From contig NW_002060947.1 in NCBI RefSeq assembly GCF_000150275.1, positions 542,695-606,694 of the forward strand: a stretch of 64,000 nucleotides of DNA. The letters run 5' to 3'. Made by a program: the position numbers and the translations under genes. The notes below the pieces were generated by a model, which was given only the letters and a program-made list of their open reading frames with translations, did not search any database and was not told where the DNA came from. Origin of the DNA: Trichoplax adhaerens (lineage: Eukaryota; Animalia; Placozoa). Below are positions 51,864 to 64,000 of the stretch, one piece after another (position 1 is the stretch's first letter; each line of letters opens with the position of its first letter).

Positions 51864-53514
51864 CTTGCAGATCTACAGCTATATTTGGTAAACTATGTCT
51901 GTACTAGATGCTCTCACCAAAATTTATCGGTAATTTTTGATACGATCATCCTCGATCAGGAAGGCAAGATGCTATAAAATTAATAAGTATCTGTAAAGCT
52001 AGGTAAAAGTGATGTAAAATCTAAAACTAGAACACTGAATCTGAGACACGGTAGATTCAAGTCTGTAGCAGTACATTAATCCCTGAGGTGAAGTAGGTGT
52101 TATATATCTGTAATAAATGTCGTAAACTTGAAAAGAAAGTAAAATTATCAATGGTAGTAATGAAATATTTGCGTAAAACTATAACCTTTAAGTAGCAATG
52201 AATTAAGCTATACCGTATTTACGGAATGGCCACCCATGCAGGGAATAGACTGTATCATGACTACTATTTACGACTAGTAAATTTTATATTACTTAAACGG
52301 AGACTATTGTAAGCTCATAAGATCGAAGTTGATATAAATCTAATAGTTTAATTCGTGCAAATAAATAAAACTGCTTATACGTGCACAGCATGCTAGTTAC
52401 TCAAGTAGAATTAGATTATAATTACATAAATCGGAAAGACGTATTTTGATACAAATTGCTATAGTATGCTAGATTATACCTTTGTAATACAAGTTCAATT
52501 TTGGTATTCCTAAGTAAATAATATAGTAATATATTGCCTTACTACTTAAACAGCAAAATTCGATTTATAAAGTTACCACTAATGCAACTTTATTATCATT
52601 ACAGAAAAGCAAGTTTTATCATTTATGATAATTAAAATTTCGTTGCATATTGATGTGCTATCATGTTAGAGAAACCCTTGTATATTTATCTCTTAGGTTA
52701 CTAGTATAGATTTATTTGTTCGAAATGAGCCAGAAATTATAAAAATCGCAATAATACTCCATATTCATTTTAAACAGTATTGCAAATATGTGAAATGCGA
52801 TATTATTCTTATGCGTTTTTAAAATAATGTGAACATTTTAACGATCGATTTACGTCTCAATACATGTGAACATGGTGATTCTTACGTGTTAGTGAAACCT
52901 GTAACACTGTAACACATTTACTTCAGCTAGAATTATGTTCCTTGTTCATTTAAAGCTTAGCTTGAGCACTTTTGCTATCGATTAATATTTTAATACGCAA
53001 CAACCGAGTGGTTCAATAGATCTAATAGAATAACAGTACAGTTAGACTTCTTAGTATTGATTAGATAAACCCAATTGATTCCTCAGTTTAATTCCTGTAC
53101 TTGTGGGTATAATTGTACGTGTAGCTGGTGTTATAAAATCTGATAAGTAAAAGCATAAATAAGTTTACTTCAAAATTATTTACGAATCGAAACATTATTT
53201 TTTAAAGGGTATAAACGACCTAGACTTCAACTTACCGTAATCAACATTAACGATGCCGATAAATGCATCATCTATTGCGATAACTGATGTGCAGGGATTC
53301 CCGATTATTTATATCTCAGTGTCTTAATATCAACATCTCCGTAAATTTACTACAACGCGTACTGCAATAATCTTTTAAAAATAGACACTTATACAATTTT
53401 GCAATCTCATATACAATTCATCTATTTTCGTATAATCTAGCAATCTTACTCTATCTTTCCTAAGCTATGCAGATGTTGGTATGTTGCCATCAAACTATGC
53501 CAAGATACTTGCAT

Positions 53515-54137
53515 CCTGCTAGATGAGTCGAAAATATTCATCGAATTAGCACCGATGCCAAGGAAACACATTTACGTATCAGATAACTATATACGCCTAT
53601 AACATATTGTTACGTAGTAGAGCGGTTTAATGAGTAACATTAATAGTCAACATTTCATTCCATGCTGTTGCACACAAATCAGTTAATCCTGTACGTGGTA
53701 TCATATGATGGGAATGTAGAAGTTTTACCCTATCGCTTCAAAGCTATACATAACGTAGGTATGCTACGATCAAATGATGTAAAGATTCTTGTATCTTAGT
53801 AGATAAATTTAAAATATTTCGGAAGCAAATTTACGTATCAAGCGGCTAGATATGCCAGTAACATAACATATTGTTGTTTAGTAGAGCAGCTTAATTATTA
53901 ATATTACTCAGCATTTCACTGTAGGCTCCGGCATACGAATCAGCTAGTTATGCACTTGATATTATACAATGAGAACATGAAAGCCTTACTCAATCGTTCT
54001 TGAGCTATATTCATGCTAGTATTCATGCTAGATGAGTCGAAAACATAGAGGATATGCGTTTACGTATTAGGCAGCTAGATACGCTAGTAGCATGTTGTTG
54101 CATAGTAGAGTAGTTCAATAAGCAATATTAATAGTCT
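53515..54137. repeat. Diverged tandem repeat, about 2.5-3 copies of ~250 bp
   Basis: tttacgtat...agtagag module at about 53571, 53830 and 54059. tgctagatgagtcgaaaa at 53517 and 54026. Confidence 0.8.
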
Positions 54138-55049
54138 ATCTGTTCTCTAGTAGAATTTATTGATCCGATTATGCGCAATTAATTTATCTAGCCTAAAGTT
54201 ATTGGCAGGATCATCCGTTGCACCACCCTAGATGAATAAATTAGTTTGTCTAGGTTGTATTGTTGTATAGAATCAATTCATTATTACCAATTAATTATCA
54301 TATTGATGTTATTCCAGTAAGATAGGGGTGTTGATTAATGGAATCAAATAGCCAAAATCAGTATTTGTTTATGCTGTATAAGAATTAAAGACTTACTGTA
54401 TACGCGTAAAGTTGAACTCATTGGGACTGAAACGTATATTTTAGTGCCAACTGTTTCAGAGTTGGCTGTTGACGATCCTTCTAAGATAAAGTACTTATTC
54501 GGCTGATTCGGTTAGCCCTGTCAATTACATCTACTCTAAACTACTTATAGCTAACTTATCCAGCATAATTGTAAACGGACCATTCTGCTGAAGCAAGCCT
54601 ATTCGCCTTTGAAATAGGTAGGTGATGTAATTTTAAAAGAATAGTTGAAGAAATCGTTGTCAATGATTAACATAAGGAGAACAAATGTATTCAATTTTCG
54701 TGTGAGTCGAATACGCCAATTATCTCTACATCCATTTCGATTCAATTTTATAACATATGTAGTTTGCAAATTCCGCTAATAATATATATTTAAGCTTAAT
54801 AGACATAATATTTTAACTGATGAGGTCACCGCAACTGTTGATCGTAATATTAACGATCAAGAACATGCAATACTGGAAGGGTGGAGAATAGACAGACCAA
54901 CACAAATCTACTAAACTAGTTGTAACAAAACCAGCTCTGCTACCTCCACTCAACGTTGAAATCGTACGAAGAATTTATCGTAACAGTTAATATTGTTGAT
55001 TCTCTATTGAAACGTTACATTACGCCAAAGTATAACAAGCTCTAGTGGA

Positions 55050-56990
55050 TAGGTAAAATTTCTTACAACAACAGCAGCAGCAGATATTGGAAATACTGGA
55101 CTAAGAACGAGATTGGCAGAAATTGCGTACCGATAGCTTTTCAAATTCGATAACAAACTTGTTTATGACATCAAGATTCTGAACAAGATTCTTAGATGTA
55201 CATTTGCTTGAGCTGACAGAACTTAGTATGTGAATAAAATCATATGATTAATATTACCTTTCTTGAAGCCGTAATCAACATACCTTAATCAAAAAGCATC
55301 ACTTATATCTACCTATTATTGTTAACTATCTTAGATTTGGTATTTATTTTGAGCTATACACATATCTAATGTACTTTTGTATAACATGTTGACAATAATA
55401 ACTTATCTTACAGCTTCACTATATCAAGACATCAGATGCAAACCTATACATACACTATAAAATCAATACTTCATCTATATCAAAAGTAGTATTTTTACTA
55501 TTCTACCTGTTGAAACTAATAACTTTGCCTTAACCAATAAGGCTGTTACCGTATTAGTACTATCGATTTATTTTACTATCTGTTTATAGTACACTAAATC
55601 GTTGAAATATTCCTGTCTAAAGATTTTTTATTACATCTTAGTCCTATTGAATAGTTGAACATTTCTTTGCCCAGATAACGATAGATAAGATAACCACTTT
55701 AACTTGCATATTTAACAATAATTCGATGTGCAGTAACCTTTTATGTGGTACAACAGGTACGAATATTAGGAGAAGAAGAATGATAGCTGTAGAATTTTAT
55801 TATAGGCTTTCATTTGCTCAAGCCCTATAACAACCGCATTTTATTATAGTCGATCATGGCGAGTAACTTAAATCAAGCAATTTATTCTAACCAATGTAGC
55901 TTCATGTGATATCGTCTTGCTTAGATTCGATGAAAGTGAACGATTACCAAGATTGAGAGAAAATTGAAGTGACACTAATAGGACAATAATATGTCGGCGA
56001 CCATTCTATTCATTAAAGCAACTAGTACTCCAAAGGAATAATATAATCGAATGATCTTTAATAATAGCTATTCTTTATCTATGTACATCACATAAAGATC
56101 CTTACGATATTTAGGGACTGTCATTGAATAGAAATGGTTTATAAATCTGTCTGAAATTGGAATATATGTATATCACTGACAAGTATTTATGAAACAACAT
56201 GCAATCTTCGCGAGAGTTTTATGATGTAATCATCAACTAATAACAATTTGATTGAAGCTTGAACAAATATCAAATCGGTTAGTTAAGTAACCAACCACCG
56301 TTATCGTCTAAATAGGAGGTTAAACCAATTATATATGAATTGATAGCATATAATTCTATTCAAATACAAATCCGTAATATTAGTGTTAGTTAGATGCTTT
56401 ACAATTTTTCAAATTTAACCCTGATCCACTCATAGACTGAAATTGAGATTAAAGGCAATACAATAACAAAGCTATTTTACCGAAATTATCAAATTATCGA
56501 TATGAAATTTATTTAAGCTGTATATAGCTTCGCAAAAATGCATAAAGTGCAAGTGATTTTATCTCATTCTATCTATAACCTAAATGATAGGTTTTACTGG
56601 AATAAAATGTCATTAAATAAAAACTGTATATGTTTAACAAATGATATATTGTAATGCCCCTTAAGTAAGCGCGAAGTAATCTAGTCTTCAATAAAATGCA
56701 TTTGTCTGCGATAAACACTTTAGATAGTTATATTCATAGTATTTGCACATAAATTGGATTGATTATCTAGAATAAAATGGAACAGCTACACCATTTATGC
56801 CTTCTATTAGCCTTGTACTCAGAATGAAGATACAAAGCTACAGAAATTTAATCACTAGAGACAATCCTTTTCTACGATTGTACCTATACTATCGGCCATT
56901 TGAACTGATATCACTATGGTACACTGTCTTGAAATAAAACCATCAGAGACATGGTATTACCTTCCTGAATTGTGTTTTGGCCAATTTGCT
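55050..56990 (+). pseudogene. Possible heavily decayed leucine-rich-repeat gene relic
   Basis: Stop- and frameshift-broken LRR-like peptides: HLLELTELSM* (~55201), FLLHLSPIE*LNIS (~55625), SLKQLVLQRNNII (56010-56048), FSNLT..EIEIKGNTITKL (~56406-56474). LRRCT-like DNPFL-[frameshift]-DC at 56860-56881. Confidence 0.4.
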
Positions 56991-57351
56991 CCAATATATA
57001 GTACAGTATATTGCGTACATAGATAACTCTAACTCTTACTAACGCGTAAAATTCAATGATAGCCACACCTTTACTTTGCTGTCCCTAAGCAACAAAACTA
57101 CTATCAGCGAATGGCTAGCATGTAGCGCTAATGCCATCTAGCCAATTGAATTAGATGTTAATCTGATTGGTTACATGTACAAACTTACAATACATAGCAA
57201 ATTAAATAGCATAATTTAATTGTGTCGGTGTTATTCTTATTGCTTATTTCCACACGTTCAACTGATTATGCTTGACGAGCAATTTGTCAGACCAGTTAAC
57301 ATTTGCTAATTATTTAGACTAGTAATACGACTAAATTAAACATTTACAGTC

Positions 57352-58881
57352 ATGCAGACTATAAGAAGCATGCAATATATGGCAAGAAATGCCTTAATAA
57401 GGACAAAACCCGGATTAAATTCCAATCAATATTCTTCTTTTAATAGGAAAGTGAGATTATTTCAATACTGTGCACAGCGACAACCCTTCGTACTCAGTAT
57501 GGCCGACAGATCACTTAGTTCATCAAGTCTTACGCGAGATCGTCCGCCACTTTTGTCTAAATTTCAATTACAAGAAATTTTAAAGGAAATGGTTGGCAAA
57601 GATGTCCACGTTAAGGAATTTAGAGAACTTCCTAGTTATCAAGATAGAAATTACTACTTTCGCTTGGATTTAGATAAAACAGGGAGCCATATTGAAAGTC
57701 CAATTTTGCCATCTTCTGATTATCAAGATGAAATTAAGACAATCAATCCACAATATGTACTTAAGATCTTGAGATCCGGAGAAAGCAAGAAATTAGCTTT
57801 GGGTAGGCTCGATGCTTTACTGTACCTTGGTAAAACTGGCTTTGAATGTTCAAGAGTAATACCATTGCGTAATCAAGAATTCTATAAGATGGTGGCACCC
57901 CCTAAACAAGACGGAAACAACCAAGAAATCCAACACGAAACGACAGAATATATCGCCTATATCCTTTCTTATATCGATGGCAGCATGATTTCAACTATAA
58001 AGCCCACTTACGATTTATTCTATCGAGTTGGAAAATTAGTTGGAAAAATAGATTCAAACTGGCAGGTTAGATAACGCGTAATGTCGTGATAGTGTAGCAT
58101 CTCTATCAAGTTATTGCCCATTCTTTGTTTTATAACTGAAACAGATTACTTTTATCTTTATTTATGTATGGTTATACGAGCCATGCAAGTCTAAAAACGG
58201 ATTATTGCTCATTATAAGCTTAAAGCTATCAATCTAACAAATATCAATAAATTCATTTTGTAGGGTTATCACGCTGAAGTGTTGAAAGGCAACAACAGCA
58301 TCTGGTCATTACGAAATTTTCATGAATTACGGTCATGCATTAAATACTGCAAAGAAGAAGACTGGAGTTTCTTGGAAACAACATTCCATACTATATCCAA
58401 ATACTTTAAGGAAAATGTAAAGAATTTACGTCAGTCCACAATCCATAGCGATATAAATCAATCCAATATTCTCGTTCAGCATAACCAGGAAAAAAATGAT
58501 TATGATATTACCGCTATTATTGATTATGGTGATATTGATTATGATTGCTTAATCTTCGAACTAGGAATTACTATTGCCTATTTATTACTAGTTACGGAAG
58601 GGAATCCAGTCAAACCAGCAGCCTACTTAATTGCAGGCTATCATTCAGTCTTACCAATAAATGAAACAGAATATAAAGGGCTGCACACTATCATTGCGGC
58701 TAGGTATTTTCAATCGATCGTTCTAGCTAATCGTCAACGAGCTCAAGATCCTGATAATGACTACATCATGAGTAAATATAACAGAAAATGGGAATTACTC
58801 CGCTTTTTTACATCAACTTCACAGGAAGAGATTTATAAAATATGGGATCAAATTTCTTGGAATTACAACCAAAAGCCCTAA
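57352..58881 (+). CDS. HYKK: Hydroxylysine kinase-like protein (aminoglycoside phosphotransferase fold), 2 coding exons
   Basis: Exons 57352-58065 and 58264-58881. Motifs LPSYQDRNY, YVLKI, catalytic IHSDINQSNIL, metal-binding IIDYGD, FELGITIAY, GYHSVLP and DPDNDYI. Confidence 0.88.
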
Positions 58882-59799
58882 CACTTTACTAATTCTAAAT
58901 GTAGAAATCATTTGCAGCTATTTTCATTTCGAATTAGTAGAGTAATAACAAATCGACCATATACTATATATAATTTCTTGATTTTGCTCTATGAAATTGA
59001 TCGATTTATTACTCCTTTACTGGAGATATGACAAAATTGAGTTTAATACGGGTACCCGAAATTGTACTCTGATTTTATATAATTATCAACTTATTTTATT
59101 TTTGATCTAATCCAGTGGAACTGCGGCAATTAGTACATTAAGTATACCAAATAGTAATCGATTAGTCCCTTCAAGTACTCAAAAAAAGATGATCCTTCCT
59201 GAAATGTAATAAAAACTACCGACAAATAGTTACAAAGTAAAAATTCTTCATCTTGTAATAAGATGATAGAGCTGAATTATATATTAAATCGATGTAATCA
59301 TTTAAGGCTTTCGAAAGCGATTAAGAATATTAATAGTTGCAATTTCCTACTTGCAATTACGTTGTACATTGGCGTAAATTTCCTATTTATCACAGCTATA
59401 GTGAGATAATACGGTATTGGAAGGTTTAAAACTTTATGCTATTCACTTTTTATATTTACTAGCATTGCAGTCTAATACAGAGTAATGTCAAAATAAAGCT
59501 TACTGAATACAGAAATATCTATGACAATAACTAATGCCGTGATCTTTGTTCTCTAAATGGTACACAGATAGTTGGCCCCATGATCATACTTTAAGTTTTA
59601 CTTATTAAGAATAGTACGTCAGTACTAAATTTAATGTCATCGCACTGGAAAATTTGCTATTAATAAAATTAGTGCCAGCATAGACTAATATGGAGTAAAA
59701 ATCTGCATAAATGAAGACCAATAAAGTAATGAACATTTCTTTAAATAGAATGTAGTGAAATAGTCTAAATGCGCTCTTGCAATTAGAAAATTAATATGA

Positions 59800-60055
59800 G
59801 TGATGATGGAATTTGTATAGATTGATATTGAGTAAAATTCTGCATGAATGAAAACCATCATAGTAATGAATACTTCTGCAAATAGAACGTAGAGGAATAG
59901 TTTAAAAATCCGTTTTGTAATCACTGTAGAACATCTACATAAAAGTGGTAATGGATATCATATAGACTGATATTGAATACAAATTTGTATGAATTAATAC
60001 TAACATAGCCATAATTATTTCTCTAAATATTACGAAGTAGAATAGTCTACTGTAA
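59800..60055. repeat. Diverged ~145-bp-period tandem duplication
   Basis: atgga..tatagaYtgatattga...tgaat..aYcatagY.at...aaata.. seen at about 59805 and 59951. The two minus-strand ORFs share IH..YSIS.Y..SI.T. Confidence 0.6.
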
Positions 60056-62499
60056 CGTAGTTCTATGTACACTAAGTTACCATACGTTAGTTCAATTCTG
60101 TAGTTTAGTACAGTCAATAAATTCGTCCGGAGTATAAGAAAATAGCTTTATTTCAAACAAATATTTGACTATAGTCTAACTGCAATCGTCCAATTAGGGA
60201 ACTAGAAATATGAAGACTAAAAACCTATCTAAACGCTTATTCCCCATCTATCCTATCAAAAGATTCCTTTCAGCTCCTTGTTTGTAAGTAAGTCTGTGTC
60301 TACTAGCTTTACTATAGCATTAAAAATTGTATCTTTTTCCAGTCGTACGTGTGAGATCTACTAATTGAGCTTAGTAGCAATATTCAAATAGTAGTCACTC
60401 CTTGAGTTTATCGCTAATTTTAATCGTGTTATTTAGACCTATGTAGCACACAATCCGGGAACAACCCGTGATCATCAGGATTTCCTCTATCGTATTATAA
60501 ATATTTACGGACACTTTTCTACATCTACGTATCTTTTTTGCAATTAGAACATCAGCATGAAAGCGATGAAATGGATATCATCATTAGAAATATAGTACTA
60601 GGCAGTTAGCACAAGTAGTATGGTAATAACTCATTAGTTCATCAACAAATGTATTGAGCGAGGTAAAAAATTAGGTGTGATATGAATAACATTGAATAAA
60701 ATGCTGCTAATAAAAATAATCTTACTATGTAGATAATTCCTTCTTCCGTCTTTAACTTCTTCTAATGCGCTGCTTCTGATACTTCGCAGACCTTTTTGAT
60801 GAGTACGGTATATAAAAGGGTTGTTTCATATGTAGGCAGTATGAAGCAATAAATTTATTAACGAAAGGGTTAATACTATGCAAATTAAATTCATTACTTA
60901 TCCTTTTATTTTATTAGTACTCTAAAATTTCTTATCCTACATGAAATTTACCTAAGTTTACTCCTTATATTTTATTTTGTATTCGCAAGCAGCCAAACAA
61001 ATTAATTTAATAGGCATATTATCCTTATTTTAATGTAAATACAGGTCTTGTCTTTGCATTGACCTTATGTAAATAGATTGAAATCAATCATGTACTTTAG
61101 CGTAGCTGATAAAACTTTGCCTGAAAAATATGCAAAGATATTGCAACTTTACAAACTTATTCAGAATGCTGCGTTGGATATTGATCGATATGGCAAAAAT
61201 TAGATCCTGAAGTATAGTATTCATGCTATCCTTAGACAATTTTCATAAGCTGAATAGGATCACTGTACTACTAGACATTCGGATAGACAATATTAGGTAT
61301 TATTTGCAGTCCTTTCACAACAGACGAGATGTTTTATTTTATTGAGGGGTTCCGAAAGACTGTAAATAGCATGTACGGTTAAGATAGCTGCCAGGCAGAT
61401 AACTATTTCATAGCCATTGCAGCACCAAATTAGCTTCAAAATAAAATTTTAATTTAGAACTGATCCTGCGACTTAACGGGTAAGATCTGATTGAGCTACC
61501 ACTAAATCATTCTGTAATTGATTGCATCCAAAAGATGAATTTTACAGTAATAATTTAGATTATCTTTGGTAGTTGTTGAATGAACTTATGCAATAAAGTG
61601 AAGTTTATAAGAAACTGTAGCTCTTATTTTATTATTTTGACGATACTTTATCACATACTTTATAGTCCTATATTATAACAAATCCAATCGGATTACGAAA
61701 AGTAATTTGATAGAATTAAAATAAGTCGTCATTGTTTTGGCTTTTGCCCAGAAATATGAGTTTGCATATTACCATGGCTATTTTCTATAGCTACGTGCAT
61801 TTCAATATAATCGTTGACAGCGCCATTCTATTACTGTTACATCTACGCGATCTTTCATCAATTATCATATACTGGTAATAAATCAGTACACTGCAGAAAG
61901 GTCTTACAATGCTTTTATTTGTTCTCTATAGGACAATTATTTAATTCATCTTCGTTTTTTTTCAATTTAGCAGGGCGATCGGATAGCTATAGTCCTACTG
62001 TCCTAATTATCGTAGATTTTTTTATCAATTACAAAATACTAGTGGTAATGGTCGAAAGTTAATTTATTTAATGGAGTATTTCTTCCAATTAGCAGTGCTA
62101 GAAAGTGCCTATTCATTTGTTACACTCTTTTACATCATATAAGCGTTTTGGCAGCAATTGCGAAGCATTAAGCTTTAACCGATTTAAGTTATGTAATTTT
62201 TTGAAATTAGTTGTAAATACACCTTTATACTTAGTATTAGTCGAAAATAAATAGAATAACACTCTCGGGTAGGGTACTATATCTAACATTTAGGCATTCA
62301 TTTCTCCTCTATCGCTACTGAAAATAATAGTTTATAGAGAACGGTGTGGTGATTACTGTACATAAATTGAAAATATCCATTAACGGAATTTTGTATGTTA
62401 GATGATGATGGTTATCGAAGGGGTAGGCGATTATAGAGCAGTTAGTGTAGACTTTAAAATATTTTGGATTAGTGCGTATTAAATTAAAGAAATATGTGT

Positions 62500-63540
62500 G
62501 TCAAGGCAATTAGTAGATTTCAATATTTGAGTTTACCACAAGTTAAGGTTCTAAGTACTCTTTCGATTAGTCAGTTAAGAGGCGTTTAGTTGTAGAATTA
62601 TTGAAAGTAAAGTCGCTAACTATCTGTCACAACCGAGATTGCAAGACAAAAATTAAGGGGCTTCTTGCCTCTAAAGTAGTCTTAACTATCTAAGTACCTA
62701 ACTCTAAGCACTCTTTAATCTGCCAAACCTAGATTCGAGTCTTAGACGATAGAATACTCACGCTAAGAATCAAAACTTTATTCTAAAAGCTATTTATTAA
62801 AATATCCAATTGAACTCACAACTTACAATCTGCTGCTAACCATTGATAACTGTCTGTTATCAACTAACTTATCAACTCCCTCAATTAAGAACTTTGAGGC
62901 TTTTATATAGCCTCACAAACTTCGTTGGTGCAATACAATAATAAATTTATAGCCAAGTCTACATGCTAAGTAAAGCAAGAATCACAACACACTTTCTATG
63001 ACATTTTATATTAGTTAATTAATGGCTAGATTTTAACATATGATTCATTACTCAACGAAATTATATCATGGATGACGCAATAATTAATTAATTGCCATAC
63101 TATCAATCGAATTTGTTTTAAGTGAATGTTTATTGCAACGCTATATTAACGAGCTCTGTACTTGGTAGAGAGTAAATTCATTTCCACACCCAATAGGGCA
63201 CATTAAGTAAGAGAAAACTATTTCAATCATTCAAAAGTTATCGAGAAAAAATCTTAAATCACATTCAATCGAGTACTTAAAGTGAGGGAAGACTATTTCA
63301 ATCGTTCCTTGGTTTATAAAATCATACTTTAAACGTAATTAGTCAATTGGAGCCAAAAATCGAAGATAGGCTTTTCAATCATCAATTAAAGAAAAATAGA
63401 GTATTATGATCGTAATTAGTTATTCAATCGCTCGCGTTTAAACGTGCTGTAGTCGGACTTTTGATATAAATTTATAAGACAAGTCATAAGAATGGATTAG
63501 GTATGGGAGGAAATGTCTACTTCATGTCGATTAGTTGTTA
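62500..63540 (+). pseudogene. Possible second decayed LRR relic
   Basis: Fragments LKVKSLTICHNR (~62601), LFNLPNLDS (~62710), LTIDNCLL (~62837) and QLPQLRTLRLL (~62873). TTTCAATC recurs at 63221, 63296 and 63373 (75/77-nt spacing; KLFQS, RLFQS, RLFNH). Confidence 0.3.
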
Positions 63541-64000
63541 AAACATCTACCTCATTTATTGACTAATTATGTACTTCGAGATTAAGCTTTTCGAAGTATG
63601 ACAGCTGGTACACACATTAAACACTATCGTATAGTATACTACCACCAAAAATTAAAAAAATTATATTTCTTTGCGATAACGTTTTACCACTTTGAACCGC
63701 AGAACAGACCTATAAATCTTGATATGATTCGTACCTTAAATATACTTTTGATACAATAGCAACGACTTTCTCCTGATCCAAAAGTGTTGTCAATCTTAAT
63801 AAAAAACTTCATGAATTCATAATAAATGTTATTTTGAGCAATTCCGATTGACTTAGTCACGTAAAACCATATTATAGAGACGTTACCTTATGGCAAATAA
63901 CGACGATAACAATTGATGTTTAAATACCCGTAGCTGGAGCCGTATTGCTTACTGTATCAGCAATTCACATTTTGGTAGCAGAAGTTATATATTTATGCTG

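Noticed and set aside
51709-51891. ORF with an LGLGLG run
   Set aside because: Translation of the TTAGGG tract, with a non-ATG start.
57352-58881. Horizontally acquired aminoglycoside-resistance kinase
   Set aside because: The motifs fit the animal HYKK/AGPHD1 family and the gene has a spliceosomal intron.
1-64000. tRNA, rRNA, snRNA genes or autonomous transposons
   Set aside because: None recognised by eye and no transposase or reverse-transcriptase ORF seen. tRNAscan-SE, Infernal and RepeatMasker would be needed to exclude them.

Overview
AT-rich, intron-dense animal genomic DNA, not prokaryotic. The short GT-AG introns, gene set, TTAGGG repeat and ACAGT pentamer arrays point to a placozoan, most likely Trichoplax (inference). 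By hand-splicing I recognise nine protein-coding genes: metaxin (+), mitochondrial ornithine carrier SLC25A15-like (+), an intronless class A GPCR (-), SETD7 (-), arfaptin (+), TIMM8 (-), phosphorylase kinase alpha (+), BBS7 (-) and hydroxylysine kinase-like (+). The most striking non-coding signal is that arrays of the ACAGT/ACTGT pentamer cluster almost exclusively upstream of the housekeeping-type genes, including two head-to-head promoter regions. In two of these regions the pentamers act as variable spacers between conserved repeat cores: 3 x ~28 bp upstream of metaxin and 3 x ~105 bp between TIMM8 and PHKA. Also seen: local duplications that copy splice sites (one creates a candidate in-frame 21-nt microexon in BBS7), an interstitial (TTAGGG)7 tract, two possible decayed LRR relics, and a possible unannotated spliced gene divergent from metaxin. 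All gene calls come from recognising translated motifs from memory; no database searches were run.
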